A DNA stretch of 39,022 nucleotides, taken from the NCBI RefSeq assembly GCF_001194135.2, contig NC_068993.1:15124159-15163180 (forward strand), read 5' to 3'. The notes under the pieces were generated by a model. That model had not been told where the DNA came from. It did no database searches and was given only the letters and a program-made list of their open reading frames with translations. Within the stretch, counting starts at the first letter, position 1, and the number at the start of each line of letters is the position of its first letter. This stretch comes from Octopus bimaculoides (Eukaryota). Made by a program: the position numbers and the translations under genes. Of this stretch, positions 13,280-25,036 are shown in pieces.

Positions 13280-14005
13280 GGCGAGCTGGCCGAATCGTTT
13301 GCACCCCGGGCAAACTGCTCAGCGGCATTTCGTCTGTCTTCGCGTTCTGAGTTCTAATTCCGCCGAGATCGATTTTGCCTCTCATCCTTTCGGAGTCGAT
13401 GCAATAAGCACCAGTTACACACCGAGGTCGATATAATCGATTAGCCCCCTTGTGCCTAAAGTAGATAGGATTATTATTTATTAGTAAAGGCAGTGAGCTG
13501 GCAGAAACGTTAGCACGCCGGACGAAATGCTCAGTGGCATTTCGTCCGTCTTCACGTTCGGAGTTCAAATTCCACCAAAGTCGACGTTGCCTTTCAACCT
13601 TTTGGGGTCGATAAATTAAGCCCCAGTTGTATACTGCAGTCGATCTAATCGACTGGCCCTCTCCCTAAAAATCTCGGGCCTTGTGCCTAGATTAAAGAAG
13701 AATCGTTAGCATGCCGGGCAAACAGCTAAGCAGCAGTTTGTCTGTCTTTACGTTTGAAGTTCAAATTTCGTCAAAGTTGATATCAAATATTATGCTTATG
13801 GACGAAATGCTTAGCAGTATTTCGTTCATCTTCATGTTCTGAGTTCAAATCCCGCCGAGGTCTACTTTGCCTTTCATCCTTTCGGGGTCGATAAATTAAG
13901 TGCCAGTTACGCACTGGGTCGATGTAATCAATTTAATCCCTTTGCCTGTCCCTTTGTTTGTCCCCTCTATGTCTAACTCCTTGAGGGCAGTAAGGAAATA
14001 AGTAA
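13280..14005 (+). mobile_element. Head-to-tail run of four SINE-B copies (about 13280-13478, 13489-13700, 13699-13785 partial, 13800-14005)
   Basis: Repeated ggc(g/a)gNgagctggc, gagttcaaattcc B-box and tttcatcctttcggggtcgataaattaag central motif; tails differ between copies. Confidence 0.92.
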
Positions 14006-14670
14006 TATAGGTCCTATTTAGTATTCGATTCCAAAATAATCTTGTTTAATCCCCGTTAAACACCTGCTGGGGGAGATAAGCGCCTTGCTTTATCAAGTGA
14101 CTAAACTCAGTCGCTTCCTTGTTTGAACACGCCACCTCTCCATGCCTAATTACACTGAGTATTCCACTTCTCTTCTTAAATTTCTCGTACCAGCCTCTAC
14201 TGGATTTGAATTCAAAATTATCACTTTCAACATTTGTATAATGGTTTTCTTTAGTAGATCATTATAAATTGTTAATGTTTTCTCGCAAATAAATGCTTCA
14301 CTGATACTGCCACCTCCTAACAGGTTCTCATTTCTAAAAAAAAGCAATAACTTTTACACTTCTTCAAGTATCTTTGGTCTTTGTTTATTAATAACCGTCA
14401 CTCCTTTGGCAACATCAGTTGCTTTTGTCATTTCCTTGTTTTTTTCAGAATAGTAGATATTGTTGATTTAGGCATACGGTACTGCTCAGCGAGATGTGAC
14501 ACACGAACGCCATTTTCGTGTCCTTTATCAGAATCACGGCTAGCTTTCTTTGGAGCCATGACTAAAGGCTAATGAAGAGAAACAAAAGGCATAATACAAT
14601 AAAATAGGAAAAGAAAACCACAGCACAACACACGAATGTATACAACACGGCGGTCAACTCAGAAATGATT

Positions 14671-14783
14671 CTGTTCGAGACCGAAATTTTGTTCGATAAC
14701 CGAGGCATTTTCATCTCGCATTTTCAGTTCGAAAACCGATTTGTTCGACATGTGAAATGTTCAAGACGCGAGGTTGGTCTGTA
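14671..14783 (-). mobile_element. Solo terminus of a pogo/Tigger-like DNA transposon
   Basis: Reverse complement starts TA|CAGACCAACCTCGCG and contains four exact TCGAAC repeats (gttcga at 14673, 14691, 14727, 14742). The family assignment comes from remembered Tigger-type ends; the other end was not found. Confidence 0.5.
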
Positions 14784-14806
14784 ATAATATTGATTTCAAA
14801 TTTGAT

Positions 14807-15022
14807 GCGGCAAACTGGCAGAATCCTTAGCACGCCAGGTAAAATACTTTGCTGCATTTGGTCAAACTTTACGTTCTGAGTTCAAATTCAACCGACGTCG
14901 ACTTAGCGTTTCATTCTTTCGGAGTCGATAGAATAGGTGCCAGTTGAACACTGGCGTCACTATAATTGACTTACGCCCTTCACCGAACTTGCTGGCCTTG
15001 TGCCAAAATTTGAAACCAATAT
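14807..15022 (+). mobile_element. SINE family B, full length, tail type 1
   Basis: gcggcaaactggcagaatccttagcacgcc..gagttcaaattc..gctggccttgtgccaaaatttgaaaccaatat. Confidence 0.9.
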
Positions 15023-15350
15023 AGGTTTCAGACTTGTAGCACAAGGCTAGTAATTTCTGAGGAGGGATTATGCTGATTATATGATCCCCGCCCCACCCGG
15101 CCAGTGCGCAACTGGTAATTCTTTTATCGACCTCGAAAGAAGGAAATGCAAGGTCGACCTTGGCCGAGTATACAAAGTGATCCTTTCTACTAAAGGCACA
15201 AGGCCTGAAATTTTGGGGGAAGGTGCAGGACTATTCGATTACACCGACTCCAGTGTTTCACGGGTGCTTCATTTATCGACCCCGAAAGAATGAAAGGCAA
15301 AGTCAACGTCGGCAGAATTTGAACTCAGAACGTAGTGGCAGATGAAATAT
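15023..15350 (-). mobile_element. Two 5'-truncated SINE-B copies (about 15023-15165 and 15180-15350)
   Basis: Both carry ttatcgacc(t/c)cgaaag..aaggtcgacc/aagtcaacg; tail types 1 and 3 respectively. Confidence 0.87.
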
Positions 15351-15427
15351 TCATACTACTATTACTACTACTACTACTACTAATAATAATAATAATAATA
15401 ATGTGTAGGTGTTGAGTGGGTTGTGTT

Positions 15428-15538
15428 GAAGAAGAAGAAGAAGAAGAAGAAGAAGAAGAAGAAGAAGAAGAAGAAGAAGAAGAAGAAGAAGAAGAAGAAG
15501 AAGAAGAAGAAGAAGAAGAAGAAGAAGAAGAAGAAGAA
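15428..15538. repeat. Perfect (GAA)37 microsatellite
   Basis: 111 bp counted; directly abuts the 3' tail of the minus-strand SINE at 15539. Confidence 0.97.
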
Positions 15539-15683
15539 TCTTTTCTACTAAAGGCGCAAGACCTGAAATTTAGGGGGAGTGGACTGGTTGATTACATTGA
15601 CCCCAGTTTTTCATTGGTACTTAATTTATCGACCCCGGTAGTATGAACAGGCATGGTCAACATCGGCAGCATTTGAACTGAGT
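15539..15683 (-). mobile_element. SINE family B, 5'-truncated, tail type 3
   Basis: cttttctactaaaggcgcaagacctgaaattt..ggtacttaatttatcgacccc..atttgaactgag. Confidence 0.85.
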
Positions 15684-15751
15684 ATAGAAAATTATACTAA
15701 CAAATATTGTATACCAAAAAGTTTGAAAAGAAAAATGCTTTATTAAAATAT

Positions 15752-15791
<40 letters not shown>

Positions 15792-16084
15792 GCAACGATT
15801 CTTAACAATGCTCGAAATGTAAATGAAAAAGGCTTAATGTCGGAGGTTGTATCAGTTTTGGTGAACTACATTATTTCAGATGATAGGATGTCTCAGTCGT
15901 ACAAGTTTCATTATTCCAGAGTCACTTGCAGGGAATATTCCCGTCGTTCATGTTTGTAATAAAAGCAGTGTGATACCAACGCAAAAATAATGGGAAAATT
16001 TGACTATTTTTTCGTTTTACGACACCACCAATAATTGTCTTCGTTATTGTTGGTTTATATTTTCGTTTTCGTTGCTTTGCTTGC

Positions 16085-16105
16085 AGTCGCTGCAGCTACT
16101 ACTAC

Positions 16106-16137
<32 letters not shown>

Positions 16138-16142
16138 CTTCT

Positions 16143-16173
<31 letters not shown>

Positions 16174-16720
16174 TTTTCTTCATTCTTCTTCTTCTTCTCC
16201 TTCTTCTTCTTCTTCTCCTTCTTTTCTTCTTCTTCTTTTCTTCCTCTTCTTCTTCTTCTTCTTCTTCTTCTTCTTCTTCTTCTTCGTCTTCGTTTTCTTC
16301 TTCTTCTTCTTCTTCTTCTTCTTCTTCTAATCCTTCTTCTACTTCTTCTTCTTCTTCTTCTTCTACTTCTTCTTCTTCTTTTTCTTCTTCTTCTTCTTCT
16401 TCTTCTTCTTCTTCTTCTTCTTCTTCTTCTTCTTCTCCTTTGTCGTCGTCGTCGTCTTCTTCTTTTTCTTCTTCTTCTTCTTCTCCACCTCCTCGTCGTC
16501 GTCGTCCTCCTCCTTCTTCCTCTCTTCCTCCTCCTCCTTCTTCTCCTCCTCCTTCTCCTCCACCTCCTTCTCCTCCTCCTCCTCCTCCTCCTTATTCGCC
16601 TCCTCCTTCTTCTTCTTCCCCTCCTCCTTCTTCTCCTCCTCCTCCTCCTTCTTGTCGTCGTCGTCGTTCTCCTCCTTCTGCTGCTGACGCTGATGATGAT
16701 GATGATGTTGACATTGTTGT
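16085..16720. repeat. About 630-bp compound (TTC)/(TCC)/(TCG) pyrimidine-rich trinucleotide array
   Basis: Visible; source of the poly-L, poly-S and poly-P pseudo-ORFs. Confidence 0.96.
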
Positions 16721-17094
16721 TTTTGTTTTTGTTTAGCCCCCCGGCCTGATTGAACTGACATGCACCATAGCAGATCTATAACTACGTTTATCAAATGGCG
16801 ATCCAACATTTAAGATTGGTAGCGTGTAATTTAAACAAGGCCTAGCTGCTATATCTACCAACTCCCACTCCCTATCTATGGTTTATTATTTCTCACGTGC
16901 TTCATTTATTATTGGTTGATTAGTCGTGTGTAAATCTAATATTAAACACAGCATGAACTTACACACATTCGAATATTAACCGCTTCGCTTAAACATGTTT
17001 ATATATTAACGCATATAACCAAATTTTTTGATGATGCGAGTATTCTTATACGTTACCAGAAATCACTCCATCACTTTTCCACACATGTAACTTT

Positions 17095-17260
17095 AACAGG
17101 GGACAACAGATGAAGGGAATGTCCTTTATGCTGCATGTCTCTTTTCTGTTTGATTGTTTTCTTTTCGTTGTTCTAAAAAAGTTTGTTTTCTATATTTTTG
17201 TTTTTATGTTCTCGTTTCTCATTCTATCCACGTTTTTTTATGTTCTGTACACATATATGC
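17095..17260 (+). repeat. Dispersed repeat family E (ggggacaac(t/a)gatgaaggg...ctgtacNcaNatatg), possibly a Penelope-like terminal remnant
   Basis: Shares its start and end with 28617-28735; shorter matches at 17811-17840 and 38821-38841. Confidence 0.6.
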
Positions 17261-18230
17261 ATGTATATATACATATATATGTAGACATGTACATATATGT
17301 ATATATGCATATATTCATATCTTATTTATATCATTATATGATCGAACGCTACGCATCCATTTCCAAGTAAGTCTTAACTTAATAATTACGATGCGCACTC
17401 TTATTCTACCTCTTTTCTGTCTATCTATCTCCCTCTCTTCTTCTTCCTTTCTGTTTTTCTCTTCCACCCTTTCCCTATTCTTCACCTCTCCCCTTCACCG
17501 TTCCCCCTCTCTCTCACTCTTCTTCCTTGACTCTCTCGTTGCTCAAACGTGACCAATGGCCATACTCTCTTTCTTCCACTTCCTTCCTAAAAACAAAACG
17601 TGCTTTTATCTGTCTCTTTTCAAACATCGTTTTTCCAAGCCTTCACCACTTCACATCATACCTCAACGTTTGTTTTTACTGTTTTGTTCTCACTGTCCTG
17701 TTTTTGTTACCATTCTCACCCTCCGCTAAAAATCCCAAATTTTATTTAATTTGCTTTGCAGGAAGGACAAGTTGTGTCTTGTCCTTACCTTCGAAACACG
17801 GAGTAATTAAAACAGGGGACAACTGATGAGGGATGTATCCTCATATTTCGTATCTACTCTTTCATACAATGTCAAAGACTTCCTCACATGTCTCAGTCTC
17901 GTTCTCGTAATCTCTTCTGAATTTCTCTCTCTCCCTCCCTCTCTCTCCCTCCCTCTCTCTCGCGCGCGTTTTTCCTGTCACTTTATATACAAGTCTTCTG
18001 AGTCTTTCCCCTCTGTCCTCTTTCTCTCACTGATTCCACACCCCCACCCGTTTTCATTTACAATATCATAATACCGACAGTACTTATTTCATCTTAACTC
18101 AATAAACTCCCTTTATCTACTATCTCAGTAATATCGTCTTAATCCTGAACTGATTTCACTCATTATCACATATGCGAAAGTATATTACCTCTCCACCGGA
18201 ATTTGCCTCTGCCGTATCTTCTCTCTTTTC

Positions 18231-18265
<35 letters not shown>

Positions 18266-18271
18266 ACACAC

Positions 18272-18331
<60 letters not shown>

Positions 18332-18732
18332 GCCATAATCTCACGCAATGACATAGTTTTATTTCCCTAGATACAATAACGAAGATACAATTCTCTTGTT
18401 TACTACTCAGCTTATATAATGCCATTCTACATTACATATCTTTGTTTTCTTTTAATAATATCTTATTCATTTTTCTATTCCCCGCTCACTTTCCCTTACA
18501 CACACGCATAAACACGCAAGCACACGCACAGAAATTTATAGAGAACTCACACATATATCTTCATCGATGCACATATACGTAGATTGATACCGTCATGTGT
18601 GTGTATGAAGATAAATGTTTTGCCGCATACACACACATATACACATTCTATATCTGCATAATAGTTTTGTATATGTTTATGTGTGCATGAATATATGTAT
18701 ATACTTATATATATATATAACGTATGTAATTA

Positions 18733-18774
<42 letters not shown>

Positions 18775-19298
18775 TATATATANNNNNNNNNNNNNNNNNN
18801 NNNNNNNNNNNNNNNNNNNNNNNNNNNNNNNNNNNNNNNNNNNNNNNNNNNNNNNNNNNNNNNNNNNNNNNNNNNNNNNNNNNNNNNNNNNNNNNNNNNN
18901 NNNNNNNNNNNNNNNNNNNNNNNNNNNNNNNNNNNNNNNNNNNNNNNNNNNNNNNNNNNNNNNNNNNNNNNNNNNNNNNNNNNNNNNNNNNNNNNNNNNN
19001 NNNNNNNNNNNNNNNNNNNNNNNNNNNNNNNNNNNNNNNNNNNNNNNNNNNNNNNNNNNNNNNNNNNNNNNNNNNNNNNNNNNNNNNNNNNNNNNNNNNN
19101 NNNNNNNNNNNNNNNNNNNNNNNNNNNNNNNNNNNNNNNNNNNNNNNNNNNNNNNNNNNNNNNNNNNNNNNNNNNNNNNNNNNNNNNNNNNNNNNNNNNN
19201 NNNNNNNNNNNNNNNNNNNNNNNNNNNNNNNNNNNNNNNNNNNNNNNNNNNNNNNNNNNNNNNNNNNNNNNNNNNNNNNNNNNNNNNNNNNNNNNNNN

Positions 19299-19329
<31 letters not shown>

Positions 19330-20069
19330 GATATACACACACATATATATATATGCGTATACACACACTCACACACACACGCACACACATATACGTAAAG
19401 CTCCTTTATAAAGATGTTATTTTTTTTTATCTGTGTCTCTAATGTGATTGATTCTCTTTCATATTCTTTCCCCCCACTCTTCTCCACTTCTCTCGCCCGT
19501 CTCAAATTTTCTCATTATTAATTCTTTCATCTTCATAGCGGAAAGTTTGTATCAAGCGGACCGGTATCATTCTGTGAACTCAGCGGAGGAAAAAATAATA
19601 TTAATAATAAAGACACGATTAAAAATAAGAAACAATTATATCACAACGTATTAAGAAACATTTTAAAGCTTTAATATATTCACTTTTTTTATGATTGCAT
19701 TTGTGATCTAATAGTTGTTAACCCCCGTTCCTAGTATATATTACTCTGCATGCTTTTCGCCATTATACTTTTCGATACATATCAACTGAAATGATCAACC
19801 TTCAATCTATATATTTACTACTTTATCTCTTCAGCCGTCTGTGGGTATAATTGTCCCTTTTCCTACCTCATTTTCCTATCGGTTCCCATCGCTCTCTTTC
19901 TCTTTATTTCTCTCTCTCTCACACACACACACATACACACACGCACACGCACACACACACAATCTCTCTCTCACTTTTTCTCTCTGTCTCTTTCCATGTA
20001 TATTCTATTTATGTGTATCTACCTACGTATGTATGTATTTCACTATCTTCTATCTACCTATCTAGCTAT

Positions 20070-20198
<129 letters not shown>

Positions 20199-20383
20199 CA
20201 TATATATATATATATATATATGCATCTGTGTAGCTTTTTCATTTGAAGATACGATACTTAGCTGTGTGACTTGCCATATCTTCCTTACTACTACTACTAC
20301 TACTAGTACTACTACTACTACTACTACTACTATATTATATATTTATATATACGTATGTAGATAAACAGATATTATAGATAGAT

Positions 20384-20428
<45 letters not shown>

Positions 20429-20429
20429 T

Positions 20430-20500
<71 letters not shown>

Positions 20501-21137
20501 TGAGAGAGTGAGAGATTTACACACATACATTTATATGTGCCCATCCCGTCTGTCAGATTGCCTGCATGTCGGTGTGTCTTTCACTTCCGATATCGCTACC
20601 TATCGTAACAGACCCGCAGCAAATAACACTAACTGTTACTGCCGCATCATAACTTTTTACGTATGTAAATCGTATGCGGCTTTCTTTGACATATAACAAA
20701 CACCACGCTAAGATCCGTAGTTTATAACAAAATAACAACGATGCATTTTAATATCACACAGTCGTTGCTAAATGATATTTTTGTCTGGTGGGTATACTTT
20801 AAAATGAAATCAAGTATGAAATAACAGGCTCGTAAATATCACTATTCATAAATGATTAACAAAACATGGAGATTTAGAAAGTATAGAAAAGAAATGAGTG
20901 AATTCTAATAAAAATATCTTTTTCAATACAAGATTCATTTGAGTGTAAAAAGAGACACCCAACCATAATGATGATTTTTCTCATATGGTGTAATACATAA
21001 ATGCGTGTAAATGTATATATAGTCGTATGTAGAATGACGCTGTCTTTTTCATTGCCTCCCCTTTCTGTCTGTACGCTTGTCTGTCTCTCTCTTTGTCTAT
21101 CTGTCTGTCTTCCCCTCTCCTTTTCTCCTTGTATTTT

Positions 21138-21200
<63 letters not shown>

Positions 21201-21642
21201 TCTACCTCGTTTTATTTCTATCTAATTTTCACTGAACCTCTGTTTCATTTTGTCTTCTCTGCGCATCTCAACCGTTCTGTAACGATTTCTATCTCAATTT
21301 CATTAGTTTTGAGATCCAAAGCAAGCAAGAGAGTACCCAACTCACGCTGATAAGTGAATGTCTTGATTTAATTTATTCGTTTTCAAGCTTTGTCTCCGTT
21401 CATTATGTCAGTTCTTTTTTCCGTACGGTCTTCATCCATACCTCAAATGTAATGCAAAACACATTCTCCATCCCACCTTCTACTAACAAATATTTCATTC
21501 ATTTGGGACTACATTTCCTAATCTTTTGTTTTTCTTTTTTTTTTATAATTTTATAGTTGGCAGACATTGATTATCTTCCAGAATAGTTGACTACACGCAT
21601 ATATACTTTTATATATTTTGCATATATATATGTATGCATATG

Positions 21643-21696
<54 letters not shown>

Positions 21697-22739
21697 CATG
21701 TACAGGGTTAGACAAAATTCACCTAACAGTAAATCAAAATTCCATATTAATATTCAATTTCATTTATTCATTCCAATTAAGAATGTTTACAAGAAAAGAA
21801 GGATTTCAGTTTGAACAATTTTCGAGATGTTTTCATATTTAGATACTTTTATTAAATTCATTCACTTGTTAAATAACCCTTGCAATTAAATGCTTTTGAT
21901 TTACTGTCACGCGACTTTTGGCCAACCCTACACACACACATATATNNNNNNNNNNNNNNNNNNNNNNNNNATATTACATATTCCAACGCACATGCACATC
22001 TATATGTGTAGATCTATGTTAATATATGAATAAACAGAAGTGGATATTTGTATGTGAGCTAAGAAACATGTTTAGCAAACAACTTGCACATGCAAGTGCT
22101 ACCAGTCTAGAGCTCCGCATACCGGAAGCCAGCAAGTGTATGGGGTCATCAAGAGAGAATGCACGCCATTTCGGGTCCTGCCTCTCGACGGCACCAATGC
22201 ACCTCGCCACCTCACTGATATTAGGCCCTGCTTGCTAGATCGACTGGTTGTCAAATAAAGCTCAGTATTCTTCTAGCCATCCCTCATCGTCTCTTTTTAA
22301 CCAAATCCAGTGGTTAACCTTTTCCATTGTTGTTTGGATATCGGTCATGGTGGTATTTACTTTACGATGAGTTAGGCCCAACGATAACAGCAGTCGTCTT
22401 ACACAAGAGAAATACTCAGAAAAATACTCAGAAAACAATTATAACGGCAACACCAGCAATGACGAGGTGCAGCCACAACAATAACAGTAACAGCAGCAAC
22501 AGCAACAGCTACAATAACAATTGTGGCAGCAGCAGCAACAACAACAGGAAGCAAAAATAACGACAACAGCAACAATTACATCAGCAACACCAACAGCAGC
22601 AGTAGATGCAAAAATGAACGATAATGAAGAAAACGTTTCTAGATTGCTTCAAGCTTAAGGGAGGAAAGACAGCTTTAATATTACATTGTGGAAATATCTA
22701 TATAGGAGAGCAATATAAAGAATAGAGAAATATAGAGGG

Positions 22740-23080
22740 GAGGGGGAAATATATAAGAGGGGATAAAAGAAAGAAGGAAAGAAAGAAAGAGATGTAGAAA
22801 CAAAGAAAGGAAGAAAGGATGAGCAAGTGATTGAATGAAAATATATAGAAGGAAGGAAGGAAGAAAAGAATCGAGGATGCAGGATAGGAAAAATGGGAGG
22901 AAGAAATGTGAAGGAGTGACATATAGTGAAGCAAAATAAATGAAGATGGTAAGGAAGGCAGGATGAATGAAAGTTGGAAATGTTGAAGGAAAGCAAGAAA
23001 GGAAGAGTGGAAGAAAGAAAGACAGTAAAAGTCGATGAAACAGGATATGAAGAAAAGGGACGACGTGGGAAGGAGGTAAA

Positions 23081-23112
<32 letters not shown>

Positions 23113-23219
23113 CAAAGAAAGAAAGAAGAGGAGAAAGAAAGAACGAAAGACATAAATAAAGAAAGAAAGAAAGTGGAAAGAAAAAAGCGGTGGAAGAAAG
23201 AAAGAAAGAAAGGAAGAAA

Positions 23220-23257
<38 letters not shown>

Positions 23258-23809
23258 ATGAAACAAAAAAAGGAAGGGAGGAAGGAAGAAAGAAAATAGG
23301 AAGCAGAAAAATGAAATCACGACTGAATGTAATGAAGGAAGGAAATAAGACGGAATAACTAGCAAGCGTCAGGAAGAGAAAAGACAGAGAGAAAGGCAGA
23401 GGAGGAGGAATATGAGACAAGAAAAAAGATAAAAAGACAAAGATTACACAAGAAGAATGAAAAGAAGAATAAAACATGAAAAGAGAGGAAAAGAATATAA
23501 AGAAAGAAGGAAAAGAAAGTTAGAGAGCAGGGAATAGATTGAGAAAGAAAAGGGCGAAAAGCAGGGTAATTAAAACATGGCAGCAAGAAAGGAAGGAAGG
23601 GACGAAGGAACGAACGAACGAAGAAAGGAAGGAGGGAGAAGGAAGGAAGGAAAGAAGGAAAAAAGGAGTGAAGGTTAGAACGAATGAACACACGAGCGAA
23701 CGAGAGAAAGAAAGAAAGAGGATAGTAAATAATCGAGATGGTGATGATGATGATGGTAATGATGATGACGATGATGATGAAGATGACGACGATGATGATG
23801 ATGTTCATG

Positions 23810-23883
<74 letters not shown>

Positions 23884-23922
23884 AAGAAGAAGAAGAAGAA
23901 GAAGAAGAAGAAGAAGAAGAAG
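22740..23922. repeat. About 1-kb purine-rich low-complexity tract (GAAA/GGAA) followed by (GAT)(AAT)(AAG) microsatellites
   Basis: Visible strand asymmetry; source of the F/L/S-rich minus-strand pseudo-ORFs. Confidence 0.93.
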
Positions 23923-24082
23923 CAAACACTTCAGGATATGTAACTGGTCTGAATTTTGATTAAATGTTACAAATATGTCCGTACACACATTGGCGATTAT
24001 TTATGCACAGAGAGTGTAGTCACACATACATACAAACATGCAAACGCCTATTCGTGCTCACGCAAGCACAAACATGCGCGCG

Positions 24083-24134
<52 letters not shown>

Positions 24135-24279
24135 ACAGAAACACAACCTCATGGATGTGACATATTGCACACCTACACGAATGTACGAAAGTATATTTAT
24201 GTATACACACATAAAATTCTCTAAGATTTGAATTCATTTCCACTCGGGAGCTGCGGCCATGTACACACACACACACAAA

Positions 24280-24338
<59 letters not shown>

Positions 24339-24801
24339 ATACACACACACACATACATACTCACGCATATAACTATGTGTATGTCCTAGTAGTGATTTGC
24401 AGTAACGTCCAGGTTTTGTTATAAAGCAAGATGGGAAAGAAGGACGTTGTTAGGAGAGATTTAGCTACTATATATGGCATGTCAAGCTGACACAAGTGTA
24501 GCTTGCTGCCCCAGGAATGCACAAAAACATACAATTTTGTTTACTTTTAGTAAATAGGATTTTTTGTTCTGTCAATCCCTAGCCCTTTCAAACGTGACAT
24601 TAATTTCTTGATAAGGGACTACGTACTGCGCATTGTCTCCGATATCCAGGAGTATTCAACCTACTCAAAAACAGGTTCGCAAACACCTGTTTGTCTTTGT
24701 ATGTTACTCAGTTATCATTACTCCCTTCCTCTCTATATATTTCTATTTCATTCTTCGTTTCTATCTCTCATACTGCATTTCTCACTTTGTTCCACTATTC
24801 T

Positions 24802-25036
24802 TATTTCTTTATTGCCCACAAGGGACTAAACATAGAGGGGACAAACAAGGACAGACAAACAGATTAAGTCGATTACATTGACCCCAGTGCGTAACTGGTA
24901 CTTAATTTATCGACCCCGAAAGGATGAAAGGCAACGTCGACCTCGGCGGAATTTGAACTCAGAACGTAGCGGCAGACGAAATACCACTAAGCATTTCGCC
25001 CGGCGTGCTAACGATTCTGCCAGCTCGCCGCCTTTT
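24802..25036 (-). mobile_element. SINE family B, intact full-length copy, tail type 2, with a perfect 12-bp TSD
   Basis: Head ggcggcgagctggcagaatcgttagcacgccgggcg; B-box gagttcaaattcc; direct repeat ttccactattct at 24790-24801 and 25037-25048. Confidence 0.96.

Noticed and set aside
12654-15683. CRISPR-like array of recurring motifs
   Set aside because: The units are 150-230-bp SINE copies in both orientations, with no constant repeat-spacer period and no cas genes.
17786-17835. Type II hammerhead (GAAA before CTGATGA)
   Set aside because: Helix I cannot form and helix II relies on G-U pairs, so it is not called a ribozyme.
21701-21730. TA|CAGGGTTAGACAAAA as a Tc1-like terminus, with a short inverted match near 34980-34998
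   Set aside because: There is no matching opposite TIR or transposase, and the distant match is under 20 bp.
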